NCBI RefSeq assembly: GCF_009914755.1
Contig: NC_060930.1
Strand: one strand, 5' to 3'
Length of the DNA stretch: 64,000 nucleotides
DNA from: the human T2T-CHM13v2.0 reference genome, Homo sapiens
The translations under genes were made by a program, and so were the position numbers. A model generated the notes under the pieces. The model saw only the letters and a list, made by a program, of their open reading frames with translations. It ran no database searches and had not been told where the DNA came from. This document shows, one piece after another, positions 1 to 16,252 of the stretch; positions within the stretch are counted from its first letter, which is position 1; each line of letters opens with the position of its first letter.

Positions 1-259
1 AATTATCAAACAAAAACTAACCACTGGATCTCTTGCATATTACACACTGCTGTTGCATTGATACTTTTCTCTCCTCTGTATGCATCCTTTTTTTAACTTC
101 AGTCTTCATTGATTCTACAATTGGGAATATTTTCCCATTAGACATTTATGTGATTCTTATCTTTAAATGTTGTGATATATTGTCCTTGGCCTTCAGGAGA
201 TCTATCAATTAACATTGCTAATGAATAGGAAAAATAGTAAAACACTAAAAATGAAAATA

Positions 260-548
260 GACTGGGTGTGGTGGCTCATGCCTGTAATCCCAGCACTTTG
301 GGAGACTGAGGCGGGCGGATCACTTGAGGCCAGGAGTTCAAGACCAGCCTGGCCAATGTGGCAAAACCCCATCTGTATCAAAAATACAAAAATTAGCCAG
401 GTGTGATGGCACATGCCTGTAATCCCAGCTACTCGGGAGGCTGAGGTAGGAGAATCACTTGAACCAGGGAGGCAGACAGAGGTTGCAGTGAGCCAAGATC
501 ATGCCACTTCACTCCAGCCTGGGTGACAGAGTGAGACTCTGTCTCAAA

Positions 549-579
<31 letters not shown>

Positions 580-580
580 A
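260..580 (+). mobile_element. Alu (AluS-type) with (TAAA)n tail
   Basis: Alu dimer consensus; flanking duplication AAAATGAAAATAG. Confidence 0.95.
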
Positions 581-782
581 ATGAAAATAGATATCTGAAA
601 AAAAAGACTTTGGCACAATTGTTCACCTTATAAATCTGTGGTTTGTGTTTATTATTTCCTTGTCAATATGATTAGTGTCAGAGTTACTGTTCTTTTTAAT
701 TTTTTGCCTTGTAAACAGGTGGTAAAGAGATCATTTATTAGACCATGTGCTATAGGTAGTGCACTACATGAACAATCAGTTT

Positions 783-1176
783 ATATACACCATGGAATAC
801 TATGCAGCCATAAAAAAGAATGAGTTCATGTCCTTTGCAGGGACATGGATGAAGCTAGAAACCATCATCCTCAGCAAACTAACACAGGAACAGGAAACCA
901 AACACCGCATGGTCTCACTCATAAGTGGGAGTTGAACAATGAGAACACATGGACACAGGGAGGTGAACATCATATACTGGGGCCTGTCACGGGGTGGGGG
1001 AAAAGGGGAGGGAGAGCATGCGGGGCTTAAAACCTAGATGAGGGGTTGATAGGTGCAACAAACCACCATGGTACATGTATACCTATGTAACAAACCTGAG
1101 CATTCAGCACATGTAGCCCAAAACTTAAAGTAAAATAAAAGAAAAAAAAATAAAACTGAGCAAGAAAAGAAAAAAA
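783..1176 (+). mobile_element. L1PA 3' end fragment (older L1PA)
   Basis: ACACCATGGAATACTATGCAGCCATAAAAAAGAATGAG..., 3' UTR and A-rich tail. Confidence 0.9.
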
Positions 1177-1604
1177 CGGCAAATAATTTTTTAGTGTTGC
1201 ACAGAAAATAATATCTGGCTTGTCGTATTCTAGCATAAAGTGAGTCAACATCATTGTTTAAAAGTCAGACAGATTTCAATTCAGCATTTTTCTCCCCAAT
1301 CTAATTATTTCAGAAGCTCAGGTAGGATCAGAAAGAGGCAGTATCCTTCCATGTAGGAACACACCAAAGGAGCTAATTACATAAAAACAGAAAATACATA
1401 AACAACACATGTAAAGAGGGTAAATGACAGATGGCTAAATGCCATAACTAAGTTTTATTATACTACCATTAACCACCAAAATTATGCATTTCCTAAAGTA
1501 GCATAGTTTGGAAACAAATAGCATATATTTTAGAAACTGTCCCCTTGAACTGTATAAATTGCAAAATAAACAGATATATTACCCTTTCTCTGCCTCCCCT
1601 ACAG

Positions 1605-1733
1605 TAACTCATTAACAGATAGACTTAAGCTCCTGCACTTTCTGACCCTCCCAGGACTTGAGTTGCCTTGTCTGGTATCCTTATGCAGAATGAACTGAAA
1701 TAATCATCAATCTGAAAAGCTACTCTTAAACAG
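1605..1733 (+). other. Candidate internal non-coding exon (129 nt)
   Basis: Acceptor CCCTTTCTCTGCCTCCCCTACAG| (1604) and donor CAG|GTAATT (1733/1734) in unique sequence. Confidence 0.5.
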
Positions 1734-2764
1734 GTAATTCTAACTTAATCTACTTGTATATTTTATGGAACACCTAGGGACAGACTGTTAGAACAATGGG
1801 AATCTTATAAAAATATATTAATCTAATTCTCTTATTTTACAAATGGAATAATTCATAGAGAGTTCTGATCTGTTCAAGGGCACACACTCATTTAGTGGCA
1901 GAGCCCAGACTAGAACCCAAGTAATCTGTCTCCCTCTCCAGTGCTTTTTCCCACAGGCTTTGCCAGATACTGTTTCATGTCTTGGATTACATTGGTAGAA
2001 CCTTTTGTTAATACATAGGTGAATCCTTGTCTTCCAGATTAGGCTCTTGAATTTCCTTATCCCAACTCTATATTTATGTTTTCTGATTTTATGGAATGTC
2101 ATATTCCTTTTTCTCCAAAGTATTTTAAGGGCTACAATATATGGCAAATTTTAACTGTTGTTTCTGTTACTTATTTGAATTTAGATGAATTATTTGTATA
2201 GTTATAAAGATAAGATGTCCAGAAACCATATTCATGATGTAAATGAGATCACCTTGTATCTGCTAAAAACATTCTAGTTAAACAGAAGATAAACAATAAA
2301 TAAGTAGTCCCTGCAGGAGATAATTTCATCAGGGGACCCTAGTTACAATTCAGGTGAAACAGACCAAATGCCAGAGCTCTTTATCACCCTCGCCAAGACT
2401 GTATCCATGACAAGCTTTAGTAAGCAAAGAGAGCAATAGGAAGCACTTTCTTTTTGAGGTAGAAAAGGGCTCTATAAGTTGAATATTCCCCAAATTACAT
2501 TATTTGTATTAGTTAAAAGAACACAATAGTGTAGCAGCCAGAAAACAAATATTTGCTCATAAGTTTTTATCATTTTTTTCCAACTGGACCTGGGGATTCC
2601 TATTGCTCATATGTTTACTCACAGCTGATACTCTTTCAACAATAGGGGAGATACCATATTACTGTTTTCTACCATGGAAGATTCAGTGCAATGGGTTCAT
2701 TTTAATTACCATGTAAAGTGACTCAGACTTTGAGGTCGTGAAATGATCCCCTTTATAAGACTAA

Positions 2765-4190
<1,426 letters not shown>

Positions 4191-5120
4191 TCAATAGGCT
4201 TTTAATCTAGCTTATAAAGTGTAAAGAATCCTAGAGGATATATTAATGACACATATTTGTATGAAAAAATTATTTCATATTGAAGACCAGTACCTTCTCA
4301 AAACTGCCACAGCAGATGAATTTCTTCTAAGAGGACATCAATTTGGGCCTTTATTATACCTTGAGTTTAATAAGTGAGAACTTCAAGGTAGTATATGTAA
4401 AAGCATTTTGAAAAATATGTATAATTTTAATTCCTATATGAATTTATTGTTCAATATGTTTCAAGAAAAAAGATGAAGCAATTCACAGTTTTTAAAAATG
4501 TAAAAATAAAATTATCCAAACAGAAGCCTTGGATGAGATTCTACTGAATGACTCTGAGCTTCCTGGCAGCCAAAGCAAAAGAGAAATGCAAAGTGTTATT
4601 TCTTTTCTTTTCTTTTGACTGACAAGAAAAAACATACAAGTTCATGTGAAAAACCTATCTTCTCACATGAAATTGTATATATTATCTCATTCAAAGTTTC
4701 TATTTTAATCATTTCCTTTTTATATGTTTTAGAATTATAAACATTATATGTGAATGCGAGATGTGGCATACCACAATGGACAAATTTTTAAATTGCAGTT
4801 TTTGAAGATACCTCAGAGGCATTCTTCATATAAGCATTTTTTATGAAAAAACTTAAGAAAGTAAAATTAATTATTGAGTTTAACTCCTAAATTAGTGGAG
4901 TTGAGCATGTCACCAAGCCTTGTTCTAACTTGATTCAGGGATTTAGCTTAGACAGACTAGAGCAGCATTTCTGAAAGGGTGTTTAGAAGATGTCCTGCAT
5001 CAAATCATTCAAGGCTGTTTCAAAGGTGAAGATTTCTAAGCCCCACTCTACAACTACTGAATCAGAACTCTGGTACAGATTTCAAAATTCTCAATTGTAA
5101 ATAAGTTATCCTGGTGAATT

Positions 5121-5780
5121 GTGTGTCTGCAGTGCTAGTTATTAGTACTCTTTCAGGATCAAACCCGCTCTTCCATATTTGGCCTTGTGATGCTGAAGCC
5201 GGTTGTGGGTAACCTCCAGTGTCATTTTTGCCACCTGGCTTCCGGTTAGATTCTGCCAATGGGGGAGCTAGAGAGAGAACAGACGGGAGGAAGGAGGTGG
5301 AACACACTCCTTCCCGTTTGCTTGCTATTCTTGTCAGTATCACCTAGCTGTGGTTCTTCACGCCAGCAGTTCTAGCTTTTTCTAGTAGCAGTTGGTTCCA
5401 GTTTCCACTATTTCCCCATCTCCCAGAACCTAGTTCATGCCACTCTCTCAGAGCATCTTCTGAAATCTGGGTTCCAGCTCCACTGGACTCTCCTCTGCGT
5501 TCTGAAGCACCAGTGCCATCCAGGCAGCTTCCTCACCTCAGAGGTCTGGATTCCAGCTTCCACCTTCTCCAAGCTTGTAGTTTCCAACAACCCCAACCTT
5601 TCACCTTTCCCCCCAGGCCTAGTGGTAGCAGCTGCTTTCTGCAATTACTTTCCCTGTGTATTTGTTCCTTTTTCCCCTGTCAGTCCTCCAATATCTATAT
5701 AACTAAATTTCCCTGTGTAAATTATCTCTTAAAATAGTTGGTGTGGTTTCTTTTTTCCTGACTAAACCCTGACTGATACA
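5121..5780 (+). mobile_element. LTR33-like ERVL solo LTR
   Basis: TG start, CTGGCTTCCGGTTAGATTCTGCCAAT motif, and end CCCTGACTGATACA. Confidence 0.7.
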
Positions 5781-6123
5781 AATGTTAATATTTGAGTTCT
5801 AGTGAGTTGGGACATTAAGGAGACAACGTATCTCTAAGACAGTCTCTTCCAATTGTCAATTGTTTAAACCCTCTTTCGGTACCAGTATACAAAAGAGTGG
5901 TGCCAGGAGTTTCAACCACTATATTTTATTGCCTTAAGAAATTTCTAGGCCAGGCGCAGTGGCTCATGCCTGTAATCCCAACATTTTAGGAGGCCAAGGC
6001 GGGCAGATCACCTGAAGTCAGGAGTTCAAGACCAGCCTGGCCAACATGGTGAAATCCCGTCTCCACTAAAAATACAAAAATTAGCTGGGCATGGTGGTGG
6101 ATGCCTGTAGTCCCAGCTACTCA

Positions 6124-6273
<150 letters not shown>

Positions 6274-6705
6274 CTAGAATAGCTGATAACAAAGTTGAAA
6301 TTCTATTATCAAAAATGAAGAATTCTTACATAATCTTTCCCAGAATCAGAGCCAATCCAGTTCAACAGAGAGGAAGACCACGTATGATAAATCCGCAAGC
6401 AGAACAAAAATATTTTTTTAAAAAGATTTTTAGGCCAGGCGCAGTGGCTCATGCCTGTAATCCCAGTACTTTGGGAGACCGAGGCAGGCGGATCGCAAGG
6501 TAAGGAGATCGAGACCATCCTGGCCACCATGGTGAAACCCTGTCTCTACTAAAAATACAAAAATTAGCTGGACGTGGTGGCGTGTGCCTGTAGTCTCAGC
6601 TACTCCGGAGGCTGCATTTCTTGAATCTGGGAGGCAGAGGCTGCAGTGAGTCGAGATCACACCACTGCACTCCAACCTGCGACAGAGCAAGACTCTATCT
6701 CAAAA

Positions 6706-6708
<3 letters not shown>

Positions 6709-6743
<35 letters not shown>

Positions 6744-6750
6744 TTATTTA
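6709..6750. repeat. (TA)n followed by (TTTA)n
   Basis: Direct reading. Confidence 0.97.
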
Positions 6751-7721
6751 TTCTTCTTAAGGGCTTCCATAGGATGCATTACTTGCACTATCTACAGGAC
6801 AAAAGACCAAATGTTGGATTTATATGTAAGGGCATCCATGATGTTATGCACTTCTTCAAAATGATTTCAAGTTTATCTTTCTTTATTAGGGCACTGCTTC
6901 CACATGAGCTCATTGTTGTTCCCTGCTGCACCTTATATATGTATTTCTACCTTCATGTCTTGACTCAGGCAGTTTCTTTTATCTGAGAGTCCTTATTGAA
7001 TATACAAATACCTGAGCAGTCCTCATAATGGATACTCAACACATGTTGGAACTGGCTTGGATTGCCTTTCTTCTACAGTGAGTCTTCCTCAGAATTAGTC
7101 TGCTTTGAAGTGCTATAGCAGTTACTTTATGTGCACATTTTAAACAGAGCACATGTTCTCTTCTGAATTGCTTGTGTCTATGTTCAATCTTTCCTCCTAG
7201 ATTTATAAACTCTTTAAAGACATGCCATATATCTTACAGATTCTCGTATCACCACAGTAACCCACAGACCTTGCATAGAATATTGACCAATAAGTGCCGA
7301 GTGAATAAGGACCTAACAAATAGTCATCTACTATTTGATGGGTCTTTCCTTTCTCCTCTTCTTATGTTGTAGATATCTCAAAAGCTTTTCAAAATGTAGA
7401 GGGTATAAATAATATCTAATGTGCTTTATACTGTGTCCACAGTATTATAAAATAATATTTTCACTTTTCTAGATCTGCATGATACTTCCCATACATTAAC
7501 TATTTAAGTTTCGGTGACAACTCTTCCATTTTAACCAAGAAAACTGAGACTCTGAGAACTTAAGTAACCATGTCCAAGGTCACGTAATGAGACAGTGATG
7601 TTTCTGGAATTCGAAAAGGGCTCTTTCACATACATTGCATGGTCTCTTGGGAAGTTAGAGCTTAGACAGTGACGATAACAGTGATGAGCTCACCTGACAG
7701 ATTGCTCTTTTTCCTCTGCAG

Positions 7722-7824
7722 AGACTTGCTTCAACACCAGGAAGAACATGAAAGGGTGACTCATAATTCCCAGCAGCAGTGCCAGTTCATGTGCTGGGAT
7801 TCTGACCACAAGTCTAACAATCAG
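7722..7824 (+). other. Candidate internal exon (103 nt; alternative donor at 7987)
   Basis: Branch-like CTGAC near 7694, acceptor CTCTTTTTCCTCTGCAG| (7721), donor CAG|GTCAGG (7824), and a perfect CAG|GTAAGT at 7987/7988. Confidence 0.45.
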
Positions 7825-8738
7825 GTCAGGGAGTCAGATTTCTGTTGGATTTAGAAAAGCATCTATGTGTTTATGAAAGAAACCCACTGGATTTTTAATA
7901 GTTCTGCAGCTCTTGGAGGCTCTACATCTACCCTTTCTCCCCAGCCAAGAGCATGGCTATGGGAGAAGGAAGGCAGGCAGCAGGCAGGTAAGTGTGACTT
8001 CCTCACTTCCCCTACCTTCTCATCTTAAAGCCATAGAGTGGTTGCTGGGTAACCCACTCCTACATATATTGGTTCATAAAGCCTAGTGAGCCACTGAAAT
8101 TCTTACTGATCTGTAAAATTTCAAACACACTAGTAACACAGACAGCCATGGTGTAGATGACTTGAGCACACATAGTATATTTTCTGCTCCCATTGGGCTG
8201 TTTGAAGAATAGCATTGGCTGGGCACAGTGGTGTGAACCTGCAGTCCCAGCTACTCTGGAGGCTGAGGTGGGAGAATCGCTTGAGCCCAGCAATTAGAAA
8301 TCAGCCTGGGAGACACAGTGAATCTCTGTCTTTTTTTTTTTTTAAGGCCGGGTACAGTGGTTCATGCCTATAATCCTAATACTTTGGGAGGCCAAGGTGG
8401 ACAGATCGCCTGAGCCCAGGTGTTCAAGGCCAGCCTGGGCAACATGGTGAAACCTCATCTCTACAAAAAATATAACAAAACAAATTAGCCAGCCATGAAA
8501 AACTAGCCAGGCATGGCAGCATGCATGGTGGTGTGCGCCTGTCATCCCAGCTACTCAGGAGGCTGAAGTGGGAGGATTACCTGAGCACGGGGGAGGTCAA
8601 GGCTGCAGTGAGCCAAGATTGCACCACTGTACTCCAGCCTGGGCGACAGAGTGAGACCCTGTCTCAAAAAAAAGCAAGGTTTAATATCAACTTTGGTGGC
8701 ACCCTCCACAGAGTATTTATACTATAGAATATGTTTTA

Positions 8739-8990
<252 letters not shown>

Positions 8991-8995
8991 TCAAA

Positions 8996-9115
8996 ATATA
9001 TATATGTGTGTATATATATATATGTATATATATGTGTGTATATATATATATGTATATATATGTGTGTATATATATATGTATATATATGTGTGTATATATA
9101 TATATGTATATATAT
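8996..9115. repeat. Compound (TA)/(TATG)/(TG) microsatellite derived from an Alu tail
   Basis: About 120 bp of uninterrupted purine-pyrimidine alternation. Confidence 0.97.
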
Positions 9116-12100
9116 TTGCTAATAACTTTACAGAACTTTCATATAATTTAGACAGGTGTCTAGGTTCTCTGGAGTCTCAGAAAAATAATACCTAGTCTTT
9201 CTCTACATAACATTTGATACATAAAATGGTCTTATTGCAAGACAAATATCAGAACAAAGATCAAACTGCTTAATTTCCTACATCAATTCAAGCAGAAACT
9301 TTTCAATTCAATCTCAAACTTTTAGGCAAAATAATTGTCCAGATTACTTTGCTTCTCTCACTCCTGCTCCTCCTCCTTCACCCCTCCCTTGCCTCTCTTG
9401 CCTCTTTTTCTAACAACCTAGCCTTCCTTTTCTACCTCTCTCGCTTTTAATTCTCACCCCTTTCTTTCCTTTTGTAGAGGAGGGGCTTAAACTTTTAAGA
9501 AATTGCTTTGTTTGCTGTACTCTCTCAAAAGCTTGGTTTGAGCAGCCAACCCTGTTTGCATAAAATGAAAGTTAGAAAACTAAAAGTTTTGTGAACCAAG
9601 GGTGGAGGAAAAGGTTATGCATTTTATCACACAGTTCATCATCCTATCAGCCAAGAATGAGGTTCCGTTTTTCTGAGTAATCCCTCACCTACCCACATCC
9701 TATATTGGCAAAATACGTGCGTAAGAGGAATTGGCAGGAGCTATCAGAGAACTAAAAATTATCAATTAGGTGTAAAAATATGTCTGCAGTTACCAGTAAG
9801 TTAGTATTTTCACTATTAAAGAAATAGGATATTTTGCCATTACAAATAGTTATGTAATTTGTCTTTTCACCATTATTTAGGTACCTTTATAGAGTTATGA
9901 GTAATATTTCACTTTTTGACAAAAAGAAAATTAGAATCATGAAGATTAACTGTTTCTCGAGATAGGGCAAGGATAATAACAGTATAGATTTCTGAAAATG
10001 AGCCGATAGAAAATCAATCCAAAGAAACTGACAGAAGGAAGTCAAATTGGAACCATCCAAAATGATATAACAATGAAATGTGATCATTAAAACAGCCATG
10101 AAGTTAATTTACTTAACACTTTTTTTTCATACACTGGAGTCAGCAGATTATTCCAAGGTGAAGAAAAGGCATAGATGTAACCTTGTAAGAGGACAGCTGT
10201 GAGACACAGCTACAGACAAAGCCAGCCTGAGAAAAAGCACAAAGGCTGAATATTAAATTTATATGATGGTACTGGAAGGCAGCCAGGAGTGGTTTGCCCT
10301 GCCTTTTATTCCCAAATCTGTAGTTGGGATGGTACCATAAGATGCTCTAGGTAAACATGAAGGCTTAGACGCCCAGATGTAAATGGCTGCCTCATACAGT
10401 CACACAGGCTATTTACTGCACAACTCCAGTGGACGCCGTTCACATAGGCTACAATGTGAAAAAAGCCCCCTGAATTTGTGAACATGGAGGCCCTTCTGTG
10501 CTAAATCACTATGGTCATAGGGAATAATAGAAAAAAAGGAGAAGATAAAATTGTATTAAACTATCATAAAGATTTTTTCAAATAAAACATATACATAGAA
10601 AAATGATCAGAAGGAAGTACATCAAAATGAAATTTCTAGAGGCATACCTGAATTCATTTTTTCTTATTCCTAGTCTTCTGTATTTTAACATTGAATAAAT
10701 CAGCAGTTTTAAAATAAATTAACATTTAATAAAGTAGTACCTTAAAACATCCAAATTGATACTTTCTTATAGCTTCAATGCTATAAACTATCAGAGATGT
10801 AATGATTAGAATGGTTTCCATACCAATGGAAAATCCTTTAGAAAAATGAGCACTATTTTTCTACATTTGTTTGCATTTTAACCTAGCTTTATAATTTCAA
10901 CTATTCAACTAAATATAAGAATGAGCTTTGCTTGTGAAAATTCTGATATTATAAATACTAGAGAACTTCTATATTGTGTGTCCAAAGATAGATCAGGTTT
11001 CAAGCACAGTTCCCTCAGTCTCCAAAGTCCTCTCAGTTCTGCCTGCCTCTTGAGTTGGTGTCCATCAAGATAACTGCAAGCAATGAGGGCTACCTGCTTC
11101 CTGGTTCACAGCCAATGGGCAGAGACTGTCCACCTCTAAACTAATCACAGACTAAGAAGAGGATTTGGTTTAATTAGTGGGGAATAGATGGAATGAAGGG
11201 CAAATACCGATTTGTGAGGCCTGTAACATTTTCAGTCTGGGGGTTCTCTTTAACTAAAACAATAAAAAATTTATTCCAAAAATGAACATTTATTTGGAAA
11301 GAAAAAAACATAACAAATTATAATTTTTAATGCAAAATGCCTACATAGACATCACAAAATCCAGAAGAGATAATGTAATATTTGTATTAAGTTCCTGACC
11401 CATATCTATTATGCTTTTTTTTTTTTTTTTTTTTGTAAATGCAGTGGTGCCTGCCATCTTAGCTCACTGCAGCCTCAACCTCCTGGACTCAGGCAATCTT
11501 CCTCTCTCATCCTCCTGAGTAGCTGGGACTATAGGCACGAGCCACCATGCTTGATCAATATTTCATACTTTTTTGTAGGGATGGGGTTTTACCATGTTGC
11601 CCAGGCTGGTCTTAACTACTGGACTCAAGTGACCCACCTGTCTTGGCCTCCCAAAGTGCTGTGATTACAGGCATGAACCACCATGTCCAGCCTCCCATAA
11701 CACTTTTATCTGCATGTTTATGGCCACATACACTTTTTTTTTTTTTTGAGACAGAGTCTTGCTCTATCACCCAGGCTCACTGCAACCTTGCCTCCCGGGT
11801 TCAAGCAATTCTCTGCCTCAGCCTCCCGAGTAGCTGGAATCACAGGCATCCACCACCATGGCTGGTTAATTTTTGTATTTTTAGTAGAGACGGGGTTTCA
11901 CCATCTTGGTGAGGCTGGTCTTGAACTCTTGACCTTGTGATACACCCACCTCGGCCTCCCAGAGTGCTGGGATTACAGGCGTGAGCCACCACGCCCGGTC
12001 AACCACATACTCTTTGATTGCCTCTTCTTATGACAACTTTATAATAGTTAATAAAGAAAAAATTAGAAATAACAATTCAATCTTTCCTCTCACATATATA

Positions 12101-12970
12101 ATTGAAATTGTTACTGAAATTTTGAAAACTTTCTTCTAGTGTCACAATTTATTATGAGTGAAGTCATACAAATTTTCAGGAATATTGTCAAATTTTGGTA
12201 AATCTCTATTAAGTTGTTTTTTGATCTTTTCCTATAAGATTTTCCACAGTTTAGCTTCTGGATTCATACCTCTCAAATCTTGAATCTCCTCTATGCTCAC
12301 ATACTACCAGTACCAGCCACAGGACCTGCTCATGGCTGCATACATCCTATGTATGGGTCAGCACAGCACAGTGGATGGTAGGACTATTTCTGGAAGCCTT
12401 TTCTATACCAAGGCAGCTAGCTGTACATGGAGGTAGGTGCAAACCAGGTAAATAAATGCCATTAAATCCACAAAAAAAAAATCTCCCCATTCACTATCCC
12501 CTTATTAAATCTCAAAAATGTCCTATGCCACTGTACAGCTTTCAACCGAAGAGCAAGTATGATGGAGGGGAGGAAGTTGGAGAGTGAAACAAAAATCAAT
12601 CATATTATAACTATGAGAGTTAAAATATTTTATTGTTACAAATTTTCCAAAAACACATGAGCATGTTCAATCAGTATCTAGGCCCCAAAAGATTGAATTC
12701 TATTTGGGAATAAGCTACCAAAAAATATCGTCTGGAAAAAAAAATAGTGCACAATATATTTTTTGTTACACTGATCAAATTATATCTGCTTTTTAGCTAA
12801 TCCATTAATAATTAATGTATTGCACTAAGGTATTACATACCCGATGTGAGCCTTCATCCTATGGCATGGGAAGGAGGGGTTAGTCACAGAAATATCACCA
12901 GACACTGCCTTTGAAGAGCTACTGACCTGACAGAGGCATCAAAATCTATAAGCATTCATTTTCTCCTTTA

Positions 12971-13315
<345 letters not shown>

Positions 13316-13733
13316 TCATTAAAAATATCTTAATTTTGTATTACACAGAATAATTACATGAAAAAATAAAGGCTAGAACAGAGCTCTTTAAAAAATAGTT
13401 TGGTTGGAGATTCACAGTGAGTTTGCTCAAGAAATAATGCTTACCAAACTATAGTATGCGTTGTTTAATCTTGAATACAAAGCTATTTAACTTTTGCAGC
13501 AGTTTTATGGCTGAGGGACTAGAGCACATGATTAAATTTACAGATAATAGCAAATTAGAATAAATGGTTATTACTTGGGAGGACAGGATTAGAATTCTAA
13601 ATGACTTTGTAAAGCTGCAGAAGGAGGCATATAGACTAATGAGCAATAGCATTGAGAAATGTATGGGGAAGTATACTTAGGATTTTTTTTAAAGTTACAC
13701 AAACAAAATATAGCAAATTCCTGAACAAACTTT

Positions 13734-13763
13734 TTTAATTAATTAATTAATTAATTAATTAAT
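13734..13763. repeat. (TTAA)n palindromic microsatellite at an Alu tail
   Basis: About 7 TTAA units. Confidence 0.95.
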
Positions 13764-14344
13764 TTTTGAGGTAGGGTCTCACTCTGTCGTCCAAGCTGGA
13801 GTTCAGTGGTGTGATCTCGGCTCATTACAACCTCTGCCTCCTGGGTTCAAGTGATTCTCGTGCCTCAGCCTCCCGAGTAGCTGGAATAACAGGTGCACAC
13901 CACCATGCCTGGCTAATCTCTGTATTTTTAGGAGAGATGGGGTTTCACCATTTTGGCAGGCTAGTCTAGAAATTCTGGCCTCAAGTGATCTGCCCACGTT
14001 GACCTATCAAAGTACTGGGATTACAGGCATGAGCCACAGTGCCCAGCCGAACAAACATTTTTTTAATGTGGAAACTGCCATTCATCACAAATTGAACACA
14101 CATCAGAATGTATGGCAATTACGTTTAAAAAAAAAGTTTTACTTTGGACATGGTTTAACAGTGTAACTGGAAGGAAACAGAAAGCAATATGTTTTTCTAC
14201 TACATCTGATGCCATGCAATCTCTCTGGGATCCAGGTTCACTCTAAGTTAGGAGCAATGGTTCTCTGAGGACATTTGAATACAGAACTAGTAAACCTGAT
14301 ACATTTCTCCACTGAGTGAAGGTAATAACACAGAAGCCATCACC

Positions 14345-14356
14345 ACACACACAGAG

Positions 14357-14394
<38 letters not shown>
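14345..14394. repeat. (CA)n microsatellite
   Basis: Direct reading. Confidence 0.97.
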
Positions 14395-14396
<2 letters not shown>

Positions 14397-14575
14397 CTAA
14401 AACTGGGGTCTAAGCCAATGCAGTACTTACAAAACATTTATGCTGGGTGCAGTGGCTCAAGTCTATAATCGCAGCTATGCAGGAGGCTGAGGCTAGAGAA
14501 TTGCTTGAGCCCAAGAGTTAGCCCAGGCAACGTAGCAAGACACCATGTCTCTAAAAAATAATAATAAAATTGTCA

Positions 14576-14701
<126 letters not shown>

Positions 14702-14802
14702 TTAGTAAAGAATTTCATAAAGAATTTCTTTAGTAAAGAATTTCATAAAGAATTTCTTTACTAAAGAATTTAGTAAAGATTTCTGTACTAAATTCTTTAC
14801 TA

Positions 14803-15045
<243 letters not shown>

Positions 15046-16156
15046 TTAGGTAATAAAATACATGGGGTGTGGTCCCTGTGGATGAAGAAAGATTTAGAAG
15101 GATTAAAAACACAGTAATAGGACAGGCACAGTGGCTCAGCCTGTAATTCCAGCATTTTGGGAGGCCAAGGAGGGCAAATCACTTGAGGCCAGGAGTTTGA
15201 GACTAGCCTGGCCAACATGGTGAAACCCCGTTTCTACTAAAAATACAAAAAATAAGCCAGGCATAGTGGCATGCTTGTAATCCCAGCTACTCAACTTGGG
15301 TGCCTGAGGCACGAGAATCACTTGAACAGGGAGGCAGAGGTTGCAGTGACCCGAGATTGCACCACTGCACTCCAGCCTAGGCAACAGAGCGAGACTCTGT
15401 CTTAAAAGAAAAAAAAAAGCAATAATATGCATTTCCCTCCTTAATTAAATGGTGAATAAACTTCATTTATTCTATAACTAAAATTAGTGGCATTTGCCAG
15501 TTGTACATATGTGTCATATGATTCTTTCAGGGATAATATGAGGTATCGAATGTTAATAAATGTAGAAATATTTATAAAAATCAATGTAATACTTAGAGCA
15601 ACATCATAAACACATTTATAGTAGTTTTGATGAGTTAGTCACAAGGATTGTGCCTTTGTGATATCAAAGGATCACAAAGCTGACAGCCTTCCGGAAGATT
15701 ATGGCTAGTTAAAAATCAATAGCTATATTTAGGCTGGCCACGATGGCTCATGTTAAGTCCAGCACTTTTTTATTTTTTGAGACAGAGTCTCGCTCTTGTC
15801 AACCAGACTGCAATTCTCCTGCTTCAGCCTCCCGAGTATCTGGGTTTACAGGCGTGCGCCACCATGCACAGCTAATTTCTGTATTTTTTGTAGAGACAGT
15901 GTTTCACTGTGTTGGCCAGGGTGGCCTGGAACTCGTGACATCAGGTGATCCACCCACCTCGGCCTCCCAAAGTACTGGGTTTACAGGCTTGAGCCACCAC
16001 TCCCGGTCTGTAATCCCAGCACTTTGGGAGGCCGAGGCCGGTGCATCACCTGAGGCCAACAGTTCCAGACCAGCCTGGCCAACAAGATGAAACCACGTCT
16101 CTACCAAAATACAAAAATTAGCTGGGCGTGGTGGCGGGTGCCTGCAGTCCCAGCTA

Positions 16157-16252
<96 letters not shown>

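Noticed and set aside
4642-4672. Short inverted repeat TTCATGTGA...TCACATGAA
   Set aside because: Arms of 9-12 bp in AT-rich DNA are within chance expectation, and there is no supporting context.
9550-9572. TTTGCATAAAATGAAAG as an OCT4-SOX2 composite site
   Set aside because: The octamer is imperfect and the SOX half does not match ACAA(T/A)G.
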